Shown: one piece after another, positions 28,785-38,404 of the stretch
Layout: each line of letters begins with the position of its first letter
Numbering within the stretch: the first letter of the stretch is position 1
Source: Kiritimatiellia bacterium
Lineage (GTDB): Bacteria; Verrucomicrobiota; Kiritimatiellia; RFP12; UBA1067
Assembly: GCA_051884875.1 (NCBI GenBank)
Contig: JBJEWD010000025.1
Coordinates: 58,514 to 122,513 of the forward strand
Direction of reading: 5' to 3'
DNA length: 64,000 nucleotides
The notes under the pieces: generated by a model
The model's database searches: none
What the model saw: the letters and a program-made list of their open reading frames with translations, nothing else
Told to the model about the DNA's origin: nothing
Made by a program: the position numbers and the translations under genes

Positions 28785-29410
28785 CGGTACTGGCCGCCAG
28801 CATCCTGATGTTCGCCCAGGTCGCCGCGCCGTCGGCGCCCGCGTTGCCGGCTGAAGCGACGGCGGCCGAGCTCGTGCAGAGCTGCCGCACCATGATTCCG
28901 CGCGAAATCACGGTCGAGGGGCGGATCGTCCTGCGCAACCGCAAGGGCATCGTCCAGTCCGAGCACGCCTACGCCCTCCGCCGGACGGCCGGGCGGACGG
29001 CGCTCGCGATCGACGGCCGGGACATCGCCGCGCCCGAAGCGTCCGCCGCGCCGCAGAGCCTGCTCGGCACCGACGTCACCTGGAGCGACATTACGCTCGA
29101 CTACCTGTGGTGGGATGAATTCGCCTATGATGAGGTGCGGGCGCAGGAGTCCGTCCACGGCCAGCTCTGCCAGGTCGTCCTTATGAAAAAGGGCGATCGG
29201 CAGGTCCGGGTCTGGGTCGATCGCAAGACGGGCGCCCTGATGCAGGCCGAGGAGCTTAGGGACGGCAAGGCGGTGCGTCGGCTCTGGGGGACGCGGATCA
29301 AGAAGTTCGACGGGCGCTGGATGCCCTCGCAGCTGGAGGTGGAGACGCTCGGCTCGGGCCATCGGACGAAAATCACCGTAGAGAAATTGAAGGGGGAGGA
29401 TCTGCCGTGA
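28781..29410 (+). CDS. LolA-like outer-membrane lipoprotein-sorting family protein (putative)
   Basis: Signal peptide. Its size and C-terminal pattern (RVWVDRKTGALMQAEE...RIKKFDGRWMPSQLEVE) resemble LolA-like domain proteins. ATGA overlap with the upstream gene. Confidence 0.5.
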   Translation: MTVLAASILMFAQVAAPSAPALPAEATAAELVQSCRTMIPREITVEGRIVLRNRKGIVQSEHAYALRRTAGRTALAIDGRDIAAPEASAAPQSLLGTDVTWSDITLDYLWWDEFAYDEVRAQESVHGQLCQVVLMKKGDRQVRVWVDRKTGALMQAEELRDGKAVRRLWGTRIKKFDGRWMPSQLEVETLGSGHRTKITVEKLKGEDLP

Positions 29411-30228
29411 GAAAGATACTGAAAAGGCTCGGCCTGGCACTGCTGGGTCTGGCGGGTCTCGCGCTGCTGCTCGTACTGCTGCATCCGCTCTGGATCGGCC
29501 TTGTGGCGCGGCCGGTGGCGAACGCGGTCGTGTCGGCGACGACGGGGGCGAACTTCCGTCTGGGCGAGCTGGCGCTCAATGCGTATGCCGGCGCGCTCCA
29601 GGTCGGCGACGTGCGGCTTTCCAATCCTACCAACGGCGGGTTCAAGGTGGAGGAGAACTGCGTCGAACTCGGCCAGCTGGACGTCGACGTCGCCATGGGT
29701 ACGGTCCTTTCGGATAAGATCGTGATCAGGTCGATCGTGCTGGACGGCCTGACGGTCCGCACGACGCTTGCGGGCGGCAACTTCCAGCAGATCGCCGAGA
29801 ACGCCGGCGGCGGCGCCCGCGACGAGGACTCGACCCAGGCGGCGGCGCCGGGGAAGGAGGATGAAAAGAAGTCGTCCGGCGGCCCCCGGGTGCAGATCGA
29901 CCGCATCGTCCTCCGGAACTGCACGATCAGGTACGGCGGGGTGACGATCCCGATTCCGACGCTGACGATCGAGAGCATCGGGGCCGATGAGTCGGAGGGC
30001 GCCACGTTCATCGATGCGGTCATGGCCGTCTGGAACAAGATCCTGGCGTCCGCCGGCGTCGTGGGCGGCAAGCTCGGCGAACTGGGCGCGCAGGCGGCGG
30101 ATGCCATCGGCGACAGGGCGGCGGCATCCGCCGAGAGGCTCGGCAAAGAGGCGGGCAAGGCTGCCGAGAGGCTCGGCAAAGAAGCGGGCAAGGCCGCCGA
30201 CGCCCTCCGGGGCATCTTCGGCAATTAG
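29407..30228 (+). CDS. AsmA-like/DUF748-like membrane-anchored protein (putative)
   Basis: N-terminal transmembrane anchor followed by a beta-rich region (IVIRSIVLDGLTVRTTLAGGNF...). GTGA overlap with the upstream gene. Confidence 0.45.
   Translation: MRKILKRLGLALLGLAGLALLLVLLHPLWIGLVARPVANAVVSATTGANFRLGELALNAYAGALQVGDVRLSNPTNGGFKVEENCVELGQLDVDVAMGTVLSDKIVIRSIVLDGLTVRTTLAGGNFQQIAENAGGGARDEDSTQAAAPGKEDEKKSSGGPRVQIDRIVLRNCTIRYGGVTIPIPTLTIESIGADESEGATFIDAVMAVWNKILASAGVVGGKLGELGAQAADAIGDRAAASAERLGKEAGKAAERLGKEAGKAADALRGIFGN
30130..30195 (+). repeat. Tandem 33-bp duplication inside the CDS (encodes AERLGKEAGKA twice)
   Basis: 30130-30162 and 30163-30195 differ at 2 positions. Confidence 0.85.
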
Positions 30229-30263
30229 TCTTTTGTTTGTACAGCAGACCACAAGGGAACCAC

Positions 30264-32726
30264 ATGGAAAAGAAAACGAAGAAGAAAGACCGCCGCGTCG
30301 AAATGTCCGTCGAGGGACTTAAGGAAGATTTCGCGTGGCATCTCCGCTACACGCTCGCCAAGGACGCGGACCATGCCACGCCGCGCGACCAGTACACCGC
30401 TTTCGCGAGCGCGGTCCGCGACCGCATCGTCGAACGTTGGATGAACACGCAGGCCGAGTACGCGAAGCAGAACACGAAGCGCGTATACTACATGTCGCTG
30501 GAATTCCTGATCGGGCGTCTCCTCGGCAACAACGTCATCAACCTCAAGGCCGATCGGCTCTGCCATGAGGCGCTGGCGGACTACGGCATCGACTGGAACA
30601 ATCTGCGCGACTACGAGACCGACGCAGGTCTCGGCAACGGCGGTCTCGGGCGCCTCGCGGCGTGCTACGTCGATTCGATGTCGACGCTGAACCTCGCGGG
30701 CATGGGCTACGGCCTGCGCTACGACTACGGCATCTTCCGGCAGAAGATCGTCAACGGCTGCCAGGTCGAGGAACCCGACGGCTGGCTCAAGGACGGCTAT
30801 CCGTGGGAGATGAAGCGCCCCGAGTACGTGCAGCACGTCCATTTCGGCGGGCACGTCGAGTACGCGACCATCAAGGGCCGCCAGCAGTGGCGCTGGGTTC
30901 CCGCCGAGACGGTCGAGGGCCTGCCGTTCGACCTGCCGATCGTCGGCTACCGGGACGCGGTCAACACGCTGCGCCTGTGGAGCGCCAAGGCCGTCGACGA
31001 GTTCGACCTCCAGGACTTCAACAAGGGCTCCTACGTCGAGGCGGTCGAAGGCAAGGTGCTGGCCGAGAACCTCACCAAGGTCCTCTACCCGAACGACAAC
31101 ACGATGGCCGGCAAGGAGCTTCGCCTCAGGCAGCAGTACTTCTTCGTCTGCTGCTCGGTGCGCGATATCCTGCGCCGCTACCGTCAGCTCAACGACACGT
31201 GGGCGGATCTGCCGAACAAGGTCTTCATCCACCTCAACGACACGCACCCGACGCTCGTCGTCCCCGAACTCATGCGCATCCTCCTCGACGAGGAGGGCCT
31301 GGACTGGGACATGGCGTGGGATCTCACGCGGCGCTCCACGGGCTACACCAACCACACGATCCTCCAGGAGGCCCTCGAGAAGTGGCCGGTCGGCATGATG
31401 GAGCGTCTCCTGCCGCGTCACCTCCAGATCATCTACGAGATCAACGGCCGCTTCATGCAGCAGGTCTCCTCGCAATATCCGGGGGACGTCAAGCGCCTGC
31501 AGCGCATGTCGCTCATCGACGAGAGCGGCGAGCGCTACGTCCGCATGGCGAACCTCTGTCTCGTGGGCACCTCGTCGGTGAACGGCGTCGCCGAACTCCA
31601 CACGCAGATCCTCAAGGACGATCTCTTCCACGACTTCTACCAGCTCTGGCCGAACAAGTTCCACAACGTCACCAACGGCATCACGCCGCGCCGCTGGCTG
31701 CTCAAGGCCAACCCGATGCTCGCGCAGCTCATCACCGAGCAGATCGGCGATGGCTGGATCACCGAACTCGACCGGCTCCGGCAGCTGGAGAAGTTCGAGG
31801 GCGACAAGGGCTTCCTTGACGCGCTCGCGAAGATCAAGCGGTCCAACAAGGGCCAGCTCGCCGGCTGGTGCACGAAGAACCTCGGCATCACGCTCAACCC
31901 CGAGGCGATCTTCGACGTCCAGGTCAAGCGTCTGCACGAGTACAAGCGCCAGCTTCTCCTCGCGCTCTACATCATCATCTTCTACAATCGCCTGCTGAAC
32001 GATCCGAAGTACGACCCCGTGCCGCGTCAGTTCATCTTCGCGGCGAAGGCGGCGCCGGGCTACTACATGGCGAAGCTCATCATCCGTCTCATCCATGGCA
32101 TCGCGGGCGTCGTCAACGCCAACCCGAAGACGCGCGGCCGGCTGTCGGTGGCGTTCCTCCCCGACTACCGCGTGTCGCTGGCGGAGAAGATCATGCCGGC
32201 GTCCGAAGTCTCCGAGCAGATCTCGCTCGCGGGCATGGAGGCGTCGGGCACGGGCAACATGAAGTTCATGATGAACGGTGCGCTCACCCTCGGTACCTTC
32301 GACGGCGCGAACGTCGAGATCAACCAGGAGGTCGGCGACGACAACATGTTCCTCTTCGGCATGCGCACCGAGGATGTCGCCAAACGCCGTCCGACGTACG
32401 TCTCGCGTGATTTCTACCGCAACGATCCCGAGATCAGGCTGGCCCTCGACATGATCAAGTCGAATGTCTTCTCGCTCCTCGAGCCGGGGCTTTTCGACCC
32501 GATCCTCCGTTCGCTTCTCGACTACAACGACTACTATATGCTCCTCGCCGACCTGCGCAGCTACAGCGAGGCCCAGGACCGCGTCGATGCGACGTATCGC
32601 AACGCCAGGAAGTGGAACAGGATGTCGCTCGTCAACATCGCCCGTTCGGGACGCTTCTCGTCCGACCGTGCGATTCTTGAGTACGCGAAAAACATCTGGG
32701 GCGTCGCGCCGGTCAAGTTCGGCTAA
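30264..32726 (+). CDS. glgP: Glycogen/alpha-glucan phosphorylase
   Basis: Contains GLGNGGLGRLAAC and the PLP-site region EASGTGNMKFMMNGALTLGTFDGANVEI. About 820 aa. I prefer the ATG at 30264 over the TTG at 30237. Confidence 0.92.
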   Translation: MEKKTKKKDRRVEMSVEGLKEDFAWHLRYTLAKDADHATPRDQYTAFASAVRDRIVERWMNTQAEYAKQNTKRVYYMSLEFLIGRLLGNNVINLKADRLCHEALADYGIDWNNLRDYETDAGLGNGGLGRLAACYVDSMSTLNLAGMGYGLRYDYGIFRQKIVNGCQVEEPDGWLKDGYPWEMKRPEYVQHVHFGGHVEYATIKGRQQWRWVPAETVEGLPFDLPIVGYRDAVNTLRLWSAKAVDEFDLQDFNKGSYVEAVEGKVLAENLTKVLYPNDNTMAGKELRLRQQYFFVCCSVRDILRRYRQLNDTWADLPNKVFIHLNDTHPTLVVPELMRILLDEEGLDWDMAWDLTRRSTGYTNHTILQEALEKWPVGMMERLLPRHLQIIYEINGRFMQQVSSQYPGDVKRLQRMSLIDESGERYVRMANLCLVGTSSVNGVAELHTQILKDDLFHDFYQLWPNKFHNVTNGITPRRWLLKANPMLAQLITEQIGDGWITELDRLRQLEKFEGDKGFLDALAKIKRSNKGQLAGWCTKNLGITLNPEAIFDVQVKRLHEYKRQLLLALYIIIFYNRLLNDPKYDPVPRQFIFAAKAAPGYYMAKLIIRLIHGIAGVVNANPKTRGRLSVAFLPDYRVSLAEKIMPASEVSEQISLAGMEASGTGNMKFMMNGALTLGTFDGANVEINQEVGDDNMFLFGMRTEDVAKRRPTYVSRDFYRNDPEIRLALDMIKSNVFSLLEPGLFDPILRSLLDYNDYYMLLADLRSYSEAQDRVDATYRNARKWNRMSLVNIARSGRFSSDRAILEYAKNIWGVAPVKFG

Positions 32727-32879
32727 GGGACGGCGTCCGAAACGCTCAAAAATTCGCGCACTTTCGCCGTAGAGGCGGCGTGCGCGGATTTGCTATCATA
32801 TGGGCGGGAAAGGCATCGGGGGGTGCTTTTCCTTTTCATTTTGCCGGGGACGAATCGGCAGTCTGGGAGAGAACGAGGG

Positions 32880-34178
32880 ATGGAGGAGACGGAGCAGCTG
32901 AAGTATGCGGCCGAGCCGCTGGCGATCGCGACGGCGCGCGAGATCACCGTCGCCGTGATGGGCGCGGGTGCGCGCGGGCGGGAGTACACCGCCTACGGCA
33001 AGATCTATCCCGGCACGTTGAAGGTCGTGGCGGTCGCCGACGTCGATGCCGCGCGTCGCGACCGCATGGGCGACGCGTGGGATATCCCCGCCGGTCGGCG
33101 TTTTGGCGATTTCCGCGAGATGCTCGCCGCCGGCCGGCTTGCCGACGTCCTCATCGTCAGCCTGCCGGACGATCTCCATTATGAGGCGGCCATGGCGGCC
33201 ATGCGCCAGGGCTACGACCTCCTGCTGGAAAAACCGATGGCCCGCACCGCGCAGGAGTGCCGCGACCTTCTGCGCCGACAGCGGGAGACGGGCGTTTTCG
33301 TCGCGGTCGGGCACGTCCTGCGCTACGCGCCGTACTTTCGTGCGCTCAAGCGGGCGATCGACGAGGGCCTTGTCGGCGAACTGGTGAGCCTTCAGCACCA
33401 GGAACCCGTCCTCTACGCCCACATGGCGCACTCGTTCGTCCGCGGCAACTGGCGCGATTCCAAGGCGACGACGCCGATGATCCTCGCCAAGTGCTGTCAT
33501 GACATGGATATCCTCCGGTGGATGGCGGGGCGTCGCTGTGAGCGGATCAGTGCGGTGGGGGGGCTCCATCTCTTCCGCCGCGACAAGGCGCCCGCCGGCG
33601 CGCCCGCGCGCTGCACCGACGGTTGTCCGCACGAGGCGACGTGTCCCTATTCGGCCCTCGACATCTATCTGCGCCGCCGCTGGTTTCTCTATGCCCTGGA
33701 TCTCGACCGCCGGACGGCGGCCGACGGGGAGATTCGCGCGAAGCTCGCGGCGTCGGGGTACGCCCGCTGCGTCTATCGGTGCGACAACGACCAGCCCGAC
33801 CACATCGTCGCCGCGCTCGGTTTCGCGGGCGGCGTCACCGCGAGCTTTACGATGGATGCCTTTACGCCGTGGGGTGGTCGCCGTACGCGCATCATGGGGA
33901 CGACGGGCTACATCGAGGGCGACGGGACGACGTTTTCCGTTCATTCGTTCCGCACGGGCCGTCGGCTCGTCTGGAAGTTCGAGGCCCCCGAGGGCACGTA
34001 CAAGGACAGCGGCCATGCCGGTGGCGACCTCGCGCTCATCCGCGACCTCCTCCGTGCCGTCGATACGCGCGATGCCGCCTATCTTTCATCCGATCTGGCG
34101 ACCAGCGTCGAAAGCCACCTCATGGCCTTCGCCTGCGAAGCCAGCCGCCTGAACGGCACCGTCGAGCGGGTGGAGTAG
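32880..34178 (+). CDS. Gfo/Idh/MocA-family NAD(P)-dependent oxidoreductase
   Basis: Rossmann N-terminus ITVAVMGAGARGREY...VVAVADVD, followed by LLEKPMA. The start codon is uncertain. Confidence 0.75.
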   Translation: MEETEQLKYAAEPLAIATAREITVAVMGAGARGREYTAYGKIYPGTLKVVAVADVDAARRDRMGDAWDIPAGRRFGDFREMLAAGRLADVLIVSLPDDLHYEAAMAAMRQGYDLLLEKPMARTAQECRDLLRRQRETGVFVAVGHVLRYAPYFRALKRAIDEGLVGELVSLQHQEPVLYAHMAHSFVRGNWRDSKATTPMILAKCCHDMDILRWMAGRRCERISAVGGLHLFRRDKAPAGAPARCTDGCPHEATCPYSALDIYLRRRWFLYALDLDRRTAADGEIRAKLAASGYARCVYRCDNDQPDHIVAALGFAGGVTASFTMDAFTPWGGRRTRIMGTTGYIEGDGTTFSVHSFRTGRRLVWKFEAPEGTYKDSGHAGGDLALIRDLLRAVDTRDAAYLSSDLATSVESHLMAFACEASRLNGTVERVE

Positions 34179-34324
34179 GCGCCGCGCCGGCGAACCGGCC
34201 CCGGCTTTTCCTCTCTCGCCGGCCACGCCCCGTTCCCGCGCACCGGCGTGAAACGGGCCGTATCCGGGCAGGTTGTGGAGCATCCCCGTCACAAGGGACG
34301 GGCGACCGCATGGAAAATCGGAAA

Positions 34325-34368
34325 TTCTAATGAATTTCTAATGCAACGCTAATGCGCACCTAACGGAC
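34325..34368 (+). promoter_or_regulatory. Candidate Pho box: four 11-bp-phased direct repeats ending 6 nt upstream of a GATAAT -10 box
   Basis: The repeats are TTCTAATGAAT, TTCTAATGCAA, CGCTAATGCGC and ACCTAACGGAC. The -10-like GATAAT lies at 34375-34380, upstream of porin-pstSCAB-phoU. Confidence 0.45.
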
Positions 34369-34414
34369 AAAGCGGATAATATGCGTGTCTTAAGAAAACG
34401 AGGAAAACCAAACA

Positions 34415-35755
34415 ATGAAAGAGAAGAAGATGGGTCTTGTCGCGCTTGCCGCAACCATGACGGTTGCCTGTGCGTATGCCGACACGAACGGAGTTGACGG
34501 GGTCAAGGTCAAGGCGGGCGCCGATGTTCGCCTGCGCTACGACGTAACCAAGGGACTGCCGAAGGCCAGTCATGGCGAGTCGCCCCATTCCGATTACGCG
34601 CGTGTCCGGATTCGTCCCTGGGTGCAGGTCGGGAGCCAGGAGTGGGGTCTGTACACGCGGCTGGCCGACGAGTTCCGCTACTACCGCCGCCCCGAATCGA
34701 ATTCGCGCAAGCAGCGCTTCCCCGACGTCGTCTTCATCGACAACCTCTATTGGTATCAGAACGGGATCTTCGGCCTGTTCGACCTCAAGGTAGGCCGTCA
34801 GGACATGGCCTTCGGCGCCAAGCGCGTCATCTCGGACGGCAGTGGCGGCGATGGCTCGCGTTCGGCGTATTTCGACGCCGTGCGCCTCACCTATCATGTG
34901 GACGACCGGCGGACGCTGGACGTGTTTGCGCTCTACAACGCCCACAAGGACTGGCTGCCGACGCTCGGCAAGGAGCACGAGAATGGCAAGAAGGCCCACT
35001 ACTACGACATGAACGGCTACTACGAGGACGAGCTGGGCGGCGGACTCTACTGGCAGGACCGGAGCTGCGCGAATCTCGGCTACGACCTCTACTACATCGC
35101 CAAGGACGAGATTCGCGGACACAAGGCGAAGTTCCGCAGCGAAGGCCGCCACGCCCAGACCCACACGCTCGGCTTCCGGCTGCTGCCGCGCTTCTCCGAG
35201 ACGTGGACGGGCGAACTGGAAATGGCCGTTCAGGCCGGCGACAACGACCTCTTCGCCGGCCAGGGATACGCGGGCGTGACCTACCAGCCCAAGGCGTCCT
35301 GGAAGCCCTACCTGACCGGCGCCGTCTGGGCGCTCTCGGGCGACAGCGACGGCGCGCGCGGCAATCATGCATGGCACGCGGTCTTCAACCGTGAAACGGG
35401 CCTGGGCGAATCCATTGCGCCGATGTACGAGAAATACAACTACACGAACCTCGTCTACCCGCATCTCGCCGCCGGGTGCGAAATCGGCACGGCATCCGTG
35501 CTGAAGGGGCAGATGGGCCCGATGTTTGCACCCGTGGCGGAGGATCGCGCGAACGGGGACGACTATGGCAACTATCGCGGCTTCTATCTCCAGCTGCGCT
35601 ATGAAATGAAGCTCGACAAGATGACCGGCCTTGAGCTCTTCAAGGGCGCCAAACTCGCCTTGCAGGGCGAATGCTTCGAGAAAGGCAATTACTTCGTCGA
35701 GGACGCCGATGGTGCGGCCCTGTTCGCGCGCTGCGAGCTTTCGTGGAAATTCTGA
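34415..35755 (+). CDS. Outer-membrane beta-barrel porin (alginate-export/OprO-P-like), first gene of the pst cluster
   Basis: Signal peptide MKEKKMGLVALAATMTVACAYA, alternating beta-strand pattern, and C-terminal ...ELSWKF (terminal Phe). Confidence 0.65.
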   Translation: MKEKKMGLVALAATMTVACAYADTNGVDGVKVKAGADVRLRYDVTKGLPKASHGESPHSDYARVRIRPWVQVGSQEWGLYTRLADEFRYYRRPESNSRKQRFPDVVFIDNLYWYQNGIFGLFDLKVGRQDMAFGAKRVISDGSGGDGSRSAYFDAVRLTYHVDDRRTLDVFALYNAHKDWLPTLGKEHENGKKAHYYDMNGYYEDELGGGLYWQDRSCANLGYDLYYIAKDEIRGHKAKFRSEGRHAQTHTLGFRLLPRFSETWTGELEMAVQAGDNDLFAGQGYAGVTYQPKASWKPYLTGAVWALSGDSDGARGNHAWHAVFNRETGLGESIAPMYEKYNYTNLVYPHLAAGCEIGTASVLKGQMGPMFAPVAEDRANGDDYGNYRGFYLQLRYEMKLDKMTGLELFKGAKLALQGECFEKGNYFVEDADGAALFARCELSWKF

Positions 35756-35803
35756 TGAATCGGGAAAAGGGAAACAAGAAAACCAAATCAAAGGAGAAAT
35801 AGT

Positions 35804-36682
35804 ATGAAGAAACAGATTGTCGGTTTGTGCATGGCGGGTCTTGCCCTTGGCGCGGTCGCCGCCGAACGCATCGAACTCAACGGCGCGGGCGGGAGTTTCC
35901 CGGCGCCGCTGTACCAGGCGTGGGCGTATGCCTATACGCAGGGGAACTACGGCGCGAAGGTCAACTACCAGTCGGTCGGTTCGTCCGCCGGCATCAGCCA
36001 GATCAAGGCGGGGACGGTGGATTTCGCCGGAACGGACGCGCCGCTCAGCGACGCGGACTGCAAGGCGGCGGGTCTCGAGCAGTTCCACATGGTCTCGGGC
36101 GCGGTCGTCGCCGCCGTCAACCTGCCGGGCCTGGACGAGGGGCTGGCGCTTGACGGCAAGACGCTCGCGGACATCTTCCTCGGCAAGATCGTCCGCTGGA
36201 ACGACGCGCGCATTGCCGCGCTCAATCCGGGGCTGAACCTGCCCGACCTCAAGATCACCACCATCCATCGCGGCGACGGCTCGGGAACGACGCACATCTT
36301 CAGCTCCTACCTGAGCCAGGTCAGCGACGACTGGAAGAAGGAGATCGGCGCCGGAACCCTGCTGAAGTGGCCCTGCGGCATCGCCGGACAGAAGAACCCC
36401 GGCGTCTGCAACAACATCCGTCGGATCAAGGGCGCCATCGGCTACACCGAATATACGTTTGCGCTGGAATCCAAGCTTGCGATCGCGCGGCTGAAGGTCA
36501 ACGGCGAAACGACGTCGCCCGACCGTGCGAGCTGGCCGATTCTGGGCAAGACCTACATCCTGACGCGCACCGATACGCCGTCCGAGCGGCGAGCGGCCAT
36601 GAAGGACTACTTCCAGTGGTGCTTCCGGCACGGCGCGGAGACGGCGGTGAAGCTCCACTACATCCCGGTTGCGTGTAAATGA
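35804..36682 (+). CDS. pstS: Phosphate ABC transporter, substrate-binding protein
   Basis: Contains LNGAGGSFPAPLY...YQSVGSSAGISQIKAGTVDFAGTDAPL. AGGAG lies upstream of the ATG. Confidence 0.92.
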   Translation: MKKQIVGLCMAGLALGAVAAERIELNGAGGSFPAPLYQAWAYAYTQGNYGAKVNYQSVGSSAGISQIKAGTVDFAGTDAPLSDADCKAAGLEQFHMVSGAVVAAVNLPGLDEGLALDGKTLADIFLGKIVRWNDARIAALNPGLNLPDLKITTIHRGDGSGTTHIFSSYLSQVSDDWKKEIGAGTLLKWPCGIAGQKNPGVCNNIRRIKGAIGYTEYTFALESKLAIARLKVNGETTSPDRASWPILGKTYILTRTDTPSERRAAMKDYFQWCFRHGAETAVKLHYIPVACK

Positions 36683-37533
36683 ACATCGACAACCTCTTTC
36701 GCCGGACCTGCCAGATATGCGCGGCGGCGGGACTGATCGTCGCCGTCGCCGTCCTCGCGGAACTGGCGTGGTCCTCCGGCGAGATCTGGCGGAGCCGGGC
36801 GTTCGGATTCCTCTTCACCGACAACTGGAATCCGTCCCAGCTGTCGTTCGGCGCGGCCGGCGCGATTCTGGGGACGATCGAGACGACGCTTCTCGCGCTC
36901 CTGATCGCGGTGCCGCTGGCATTTGCCGCGGCGCTCTTCGTGAATGCCGTTCCCCCGTGGGCGGCACGCCCGCTCGCGCACGCCCTCGATCTGCTGGCGG
37001 CCATCCCCAGCATCATCTACGGGATGTGGGGGCTGTTCGTGCTGTGTCCGCTTCTGCAGGGCCTGCTCGCGCGCCTGGGAGTCGAGACCACCGGTTTCGG
37101 CCTTTTGGCCTCTTCGCTCGTGCTGGCGCTGATGATCCTGCCGTATATCTCGGCCGTCATGCGCGACGCGCTGGCGCAGGCGCCCGTCGCGCTCAGCGAG
37201 GCGGCGATGGGCGTGGGGTGCACGCGCTGGGAGGCGATGTGGCACATCGTGGTGCGCGCGCAGAAGCGCGGCATCGGCGGCGGCATCCTCATCGGCCTCG
37301 GGCGCGCCCTTGGCGAAACCATGGCCGTCCTTTTCGTCTGCGGTGGAATTGCGGAAATCCCGAAAAGCCTGTTCGACGGCTGCACGACCATCGCCGCAAC
37401 GCTGGCCAACGACTTCGCCGAGGCGGAGAGCCTGCATAAGAGCGCGCTGTTCGCCCTCGGCATCGTGCTGCTCGGCATGGAGTTCGTCATCCAGATCATC
37501 GCCGAAAGGCTGCTCCGCGAAAGGAAGGGTTGA
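36679..37533 (+). CDS. pstC: Phosphate ABC transporter permease
   Basis: Multi-pass membrane protein in the pst context, with an EAA-like loop (EAAMGVGCTRWE). ATGA overlap with pstS. Confidence 0.9.
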   Translation: MNIDNLFRRTCQICAAAGLIVAVAVLAELAWSSGEIWRSRAFGFLFTDNWNPSQLSFGAAGAILGTIETTLLALLIAVPLAFAAALFVNAVPPWAARPLAHALDLLAAIPSIIYGMWGLFVLCPLLQGLLARLGVETTGFGLLASSLVLALMILPYISAVMRDALAQAPVALSEAAMGVGCTRWEAMWHIVVRAQKRGIGGGILIGLGRALGETMAVLFVCGGIAEIPKSLFDGCTTIAATLANDFAEAESLHKSALFALGIVLLGMEFVIQIIAERLLRERKG

Positions 37534-37534
37534 G

Positions 37535-38386
37535 ATGAAAAGAAGACATGTCGGACCGCGAAAGGTCTGCGACGGACTGATCCGCGCCTTTTCGCTCCTG
37601 GCGACGGTCCTGGCGCTCGCACTGATGGCCTGGATCCTGTTCACCCTGGTCCGCGAGGGCGTTGGCGCCCTTTCGTGGGAGGTGCTGGTCAACCGGTCGC
37701 GGCCGTTCGGCGAAAGCGGCGGCGGCATCGCCAATGCGCTTCTCGGCACGCTGCTGATTACCGCCGGCGCCGGCGCACTGGCCATCCCTCCGGCGATTGC
37801 CGCCGGTATCGGACTGGCCGAGTTTGGCGGCGTGGGCCGTTTCGCGGCGGTCTGCCGGTCGGCCATCAACCTGATGATGGGCATTCCGAGCGTCATCGCG
37901 GGCCTGTTCGTCTATGGACTCGTCATCGTGCCGACGGGGCATTTCTCCGGCTTCGCCGGTTCGATCGCCCTGGCGATACTGATGTTCGCGGTCGTCGAGC
38001 GCACCACGGAAGACCAGCTCGCGCTGGTGGGCGTCGCCCTGCGGGAGTCGGCCCTGGCGCTGGGGATTTCCCGGACGCGCGTCACGTTGCAGATCGTCTG
38101 CCGCGCGGCGAAAGGCGGTATGCTGACCGGCATCCTCCTCGCGATTGCACGCGTCGCCGGCGAGACCGCCCCGCTGCTCTTCACCGCGCTTTTCGCCGAC
38201 AGCTGGCCGACCGGCTATTTCAGCGGCCCAACCCCCTCCGTGTCGGTGCTCATCACCAACTACACGCTGGACTCGCCCTTCGAGTCGATGCAGCGCCTCG
38301 GATGGGGTGCCGCGCTGATCATGGCCGTCCTCATCCTGTCGCTCAATATCATCGTCCGCCGTACGGCAAGGACCAAGAACCTGTAG
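37535..38386 (+). CDS. pstA: Phosphate ABC transporter permease
   Basis: The ATG lies 1 nt after the pstC stop. Contains ESALALGISRTR...GETAPLLFTA. The track ORF 37310..38386 carries a spurious N-terminal extension that overlaps pstC. Confidence 0.9.
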   Translation: MKRRHVGPRKVCDGLIRAFSLLATVLALALMAWILFTLVREGVGALSWEVLVNRSRPFGESGGGIANALLGTLLITAGAGALAIPPAIAAGIGLAEFGGVGRFAAVCRSAINLMMGIPSVIAGLFVYGLVIVPTGHFSGFAGSIALAILMFAVVERTTEDQLALVGVALRESALALGISRTRVTLQIVCRAAKGGMLTGILLAIARVAGETAPLLFTALFADSWPTGYFSGPTPSVSVLITNYTLDSPFESMQRLGWGAALIMAVLILSLNIIVRRTARTKNL

Positions 38387-38404
38387 GACAATCAATCCAT
38401 AATT

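Noticed and set aside
37310-37534. The N-terminal extension of the pstA ORF (track start at 37310).
   Set aside because: The extension overlaps pstC in another frame and is Ala/Arg/Ser-rich. The ATG at 37535, 1 nt after the pstC stop, gives a normal PstA N-terminus.
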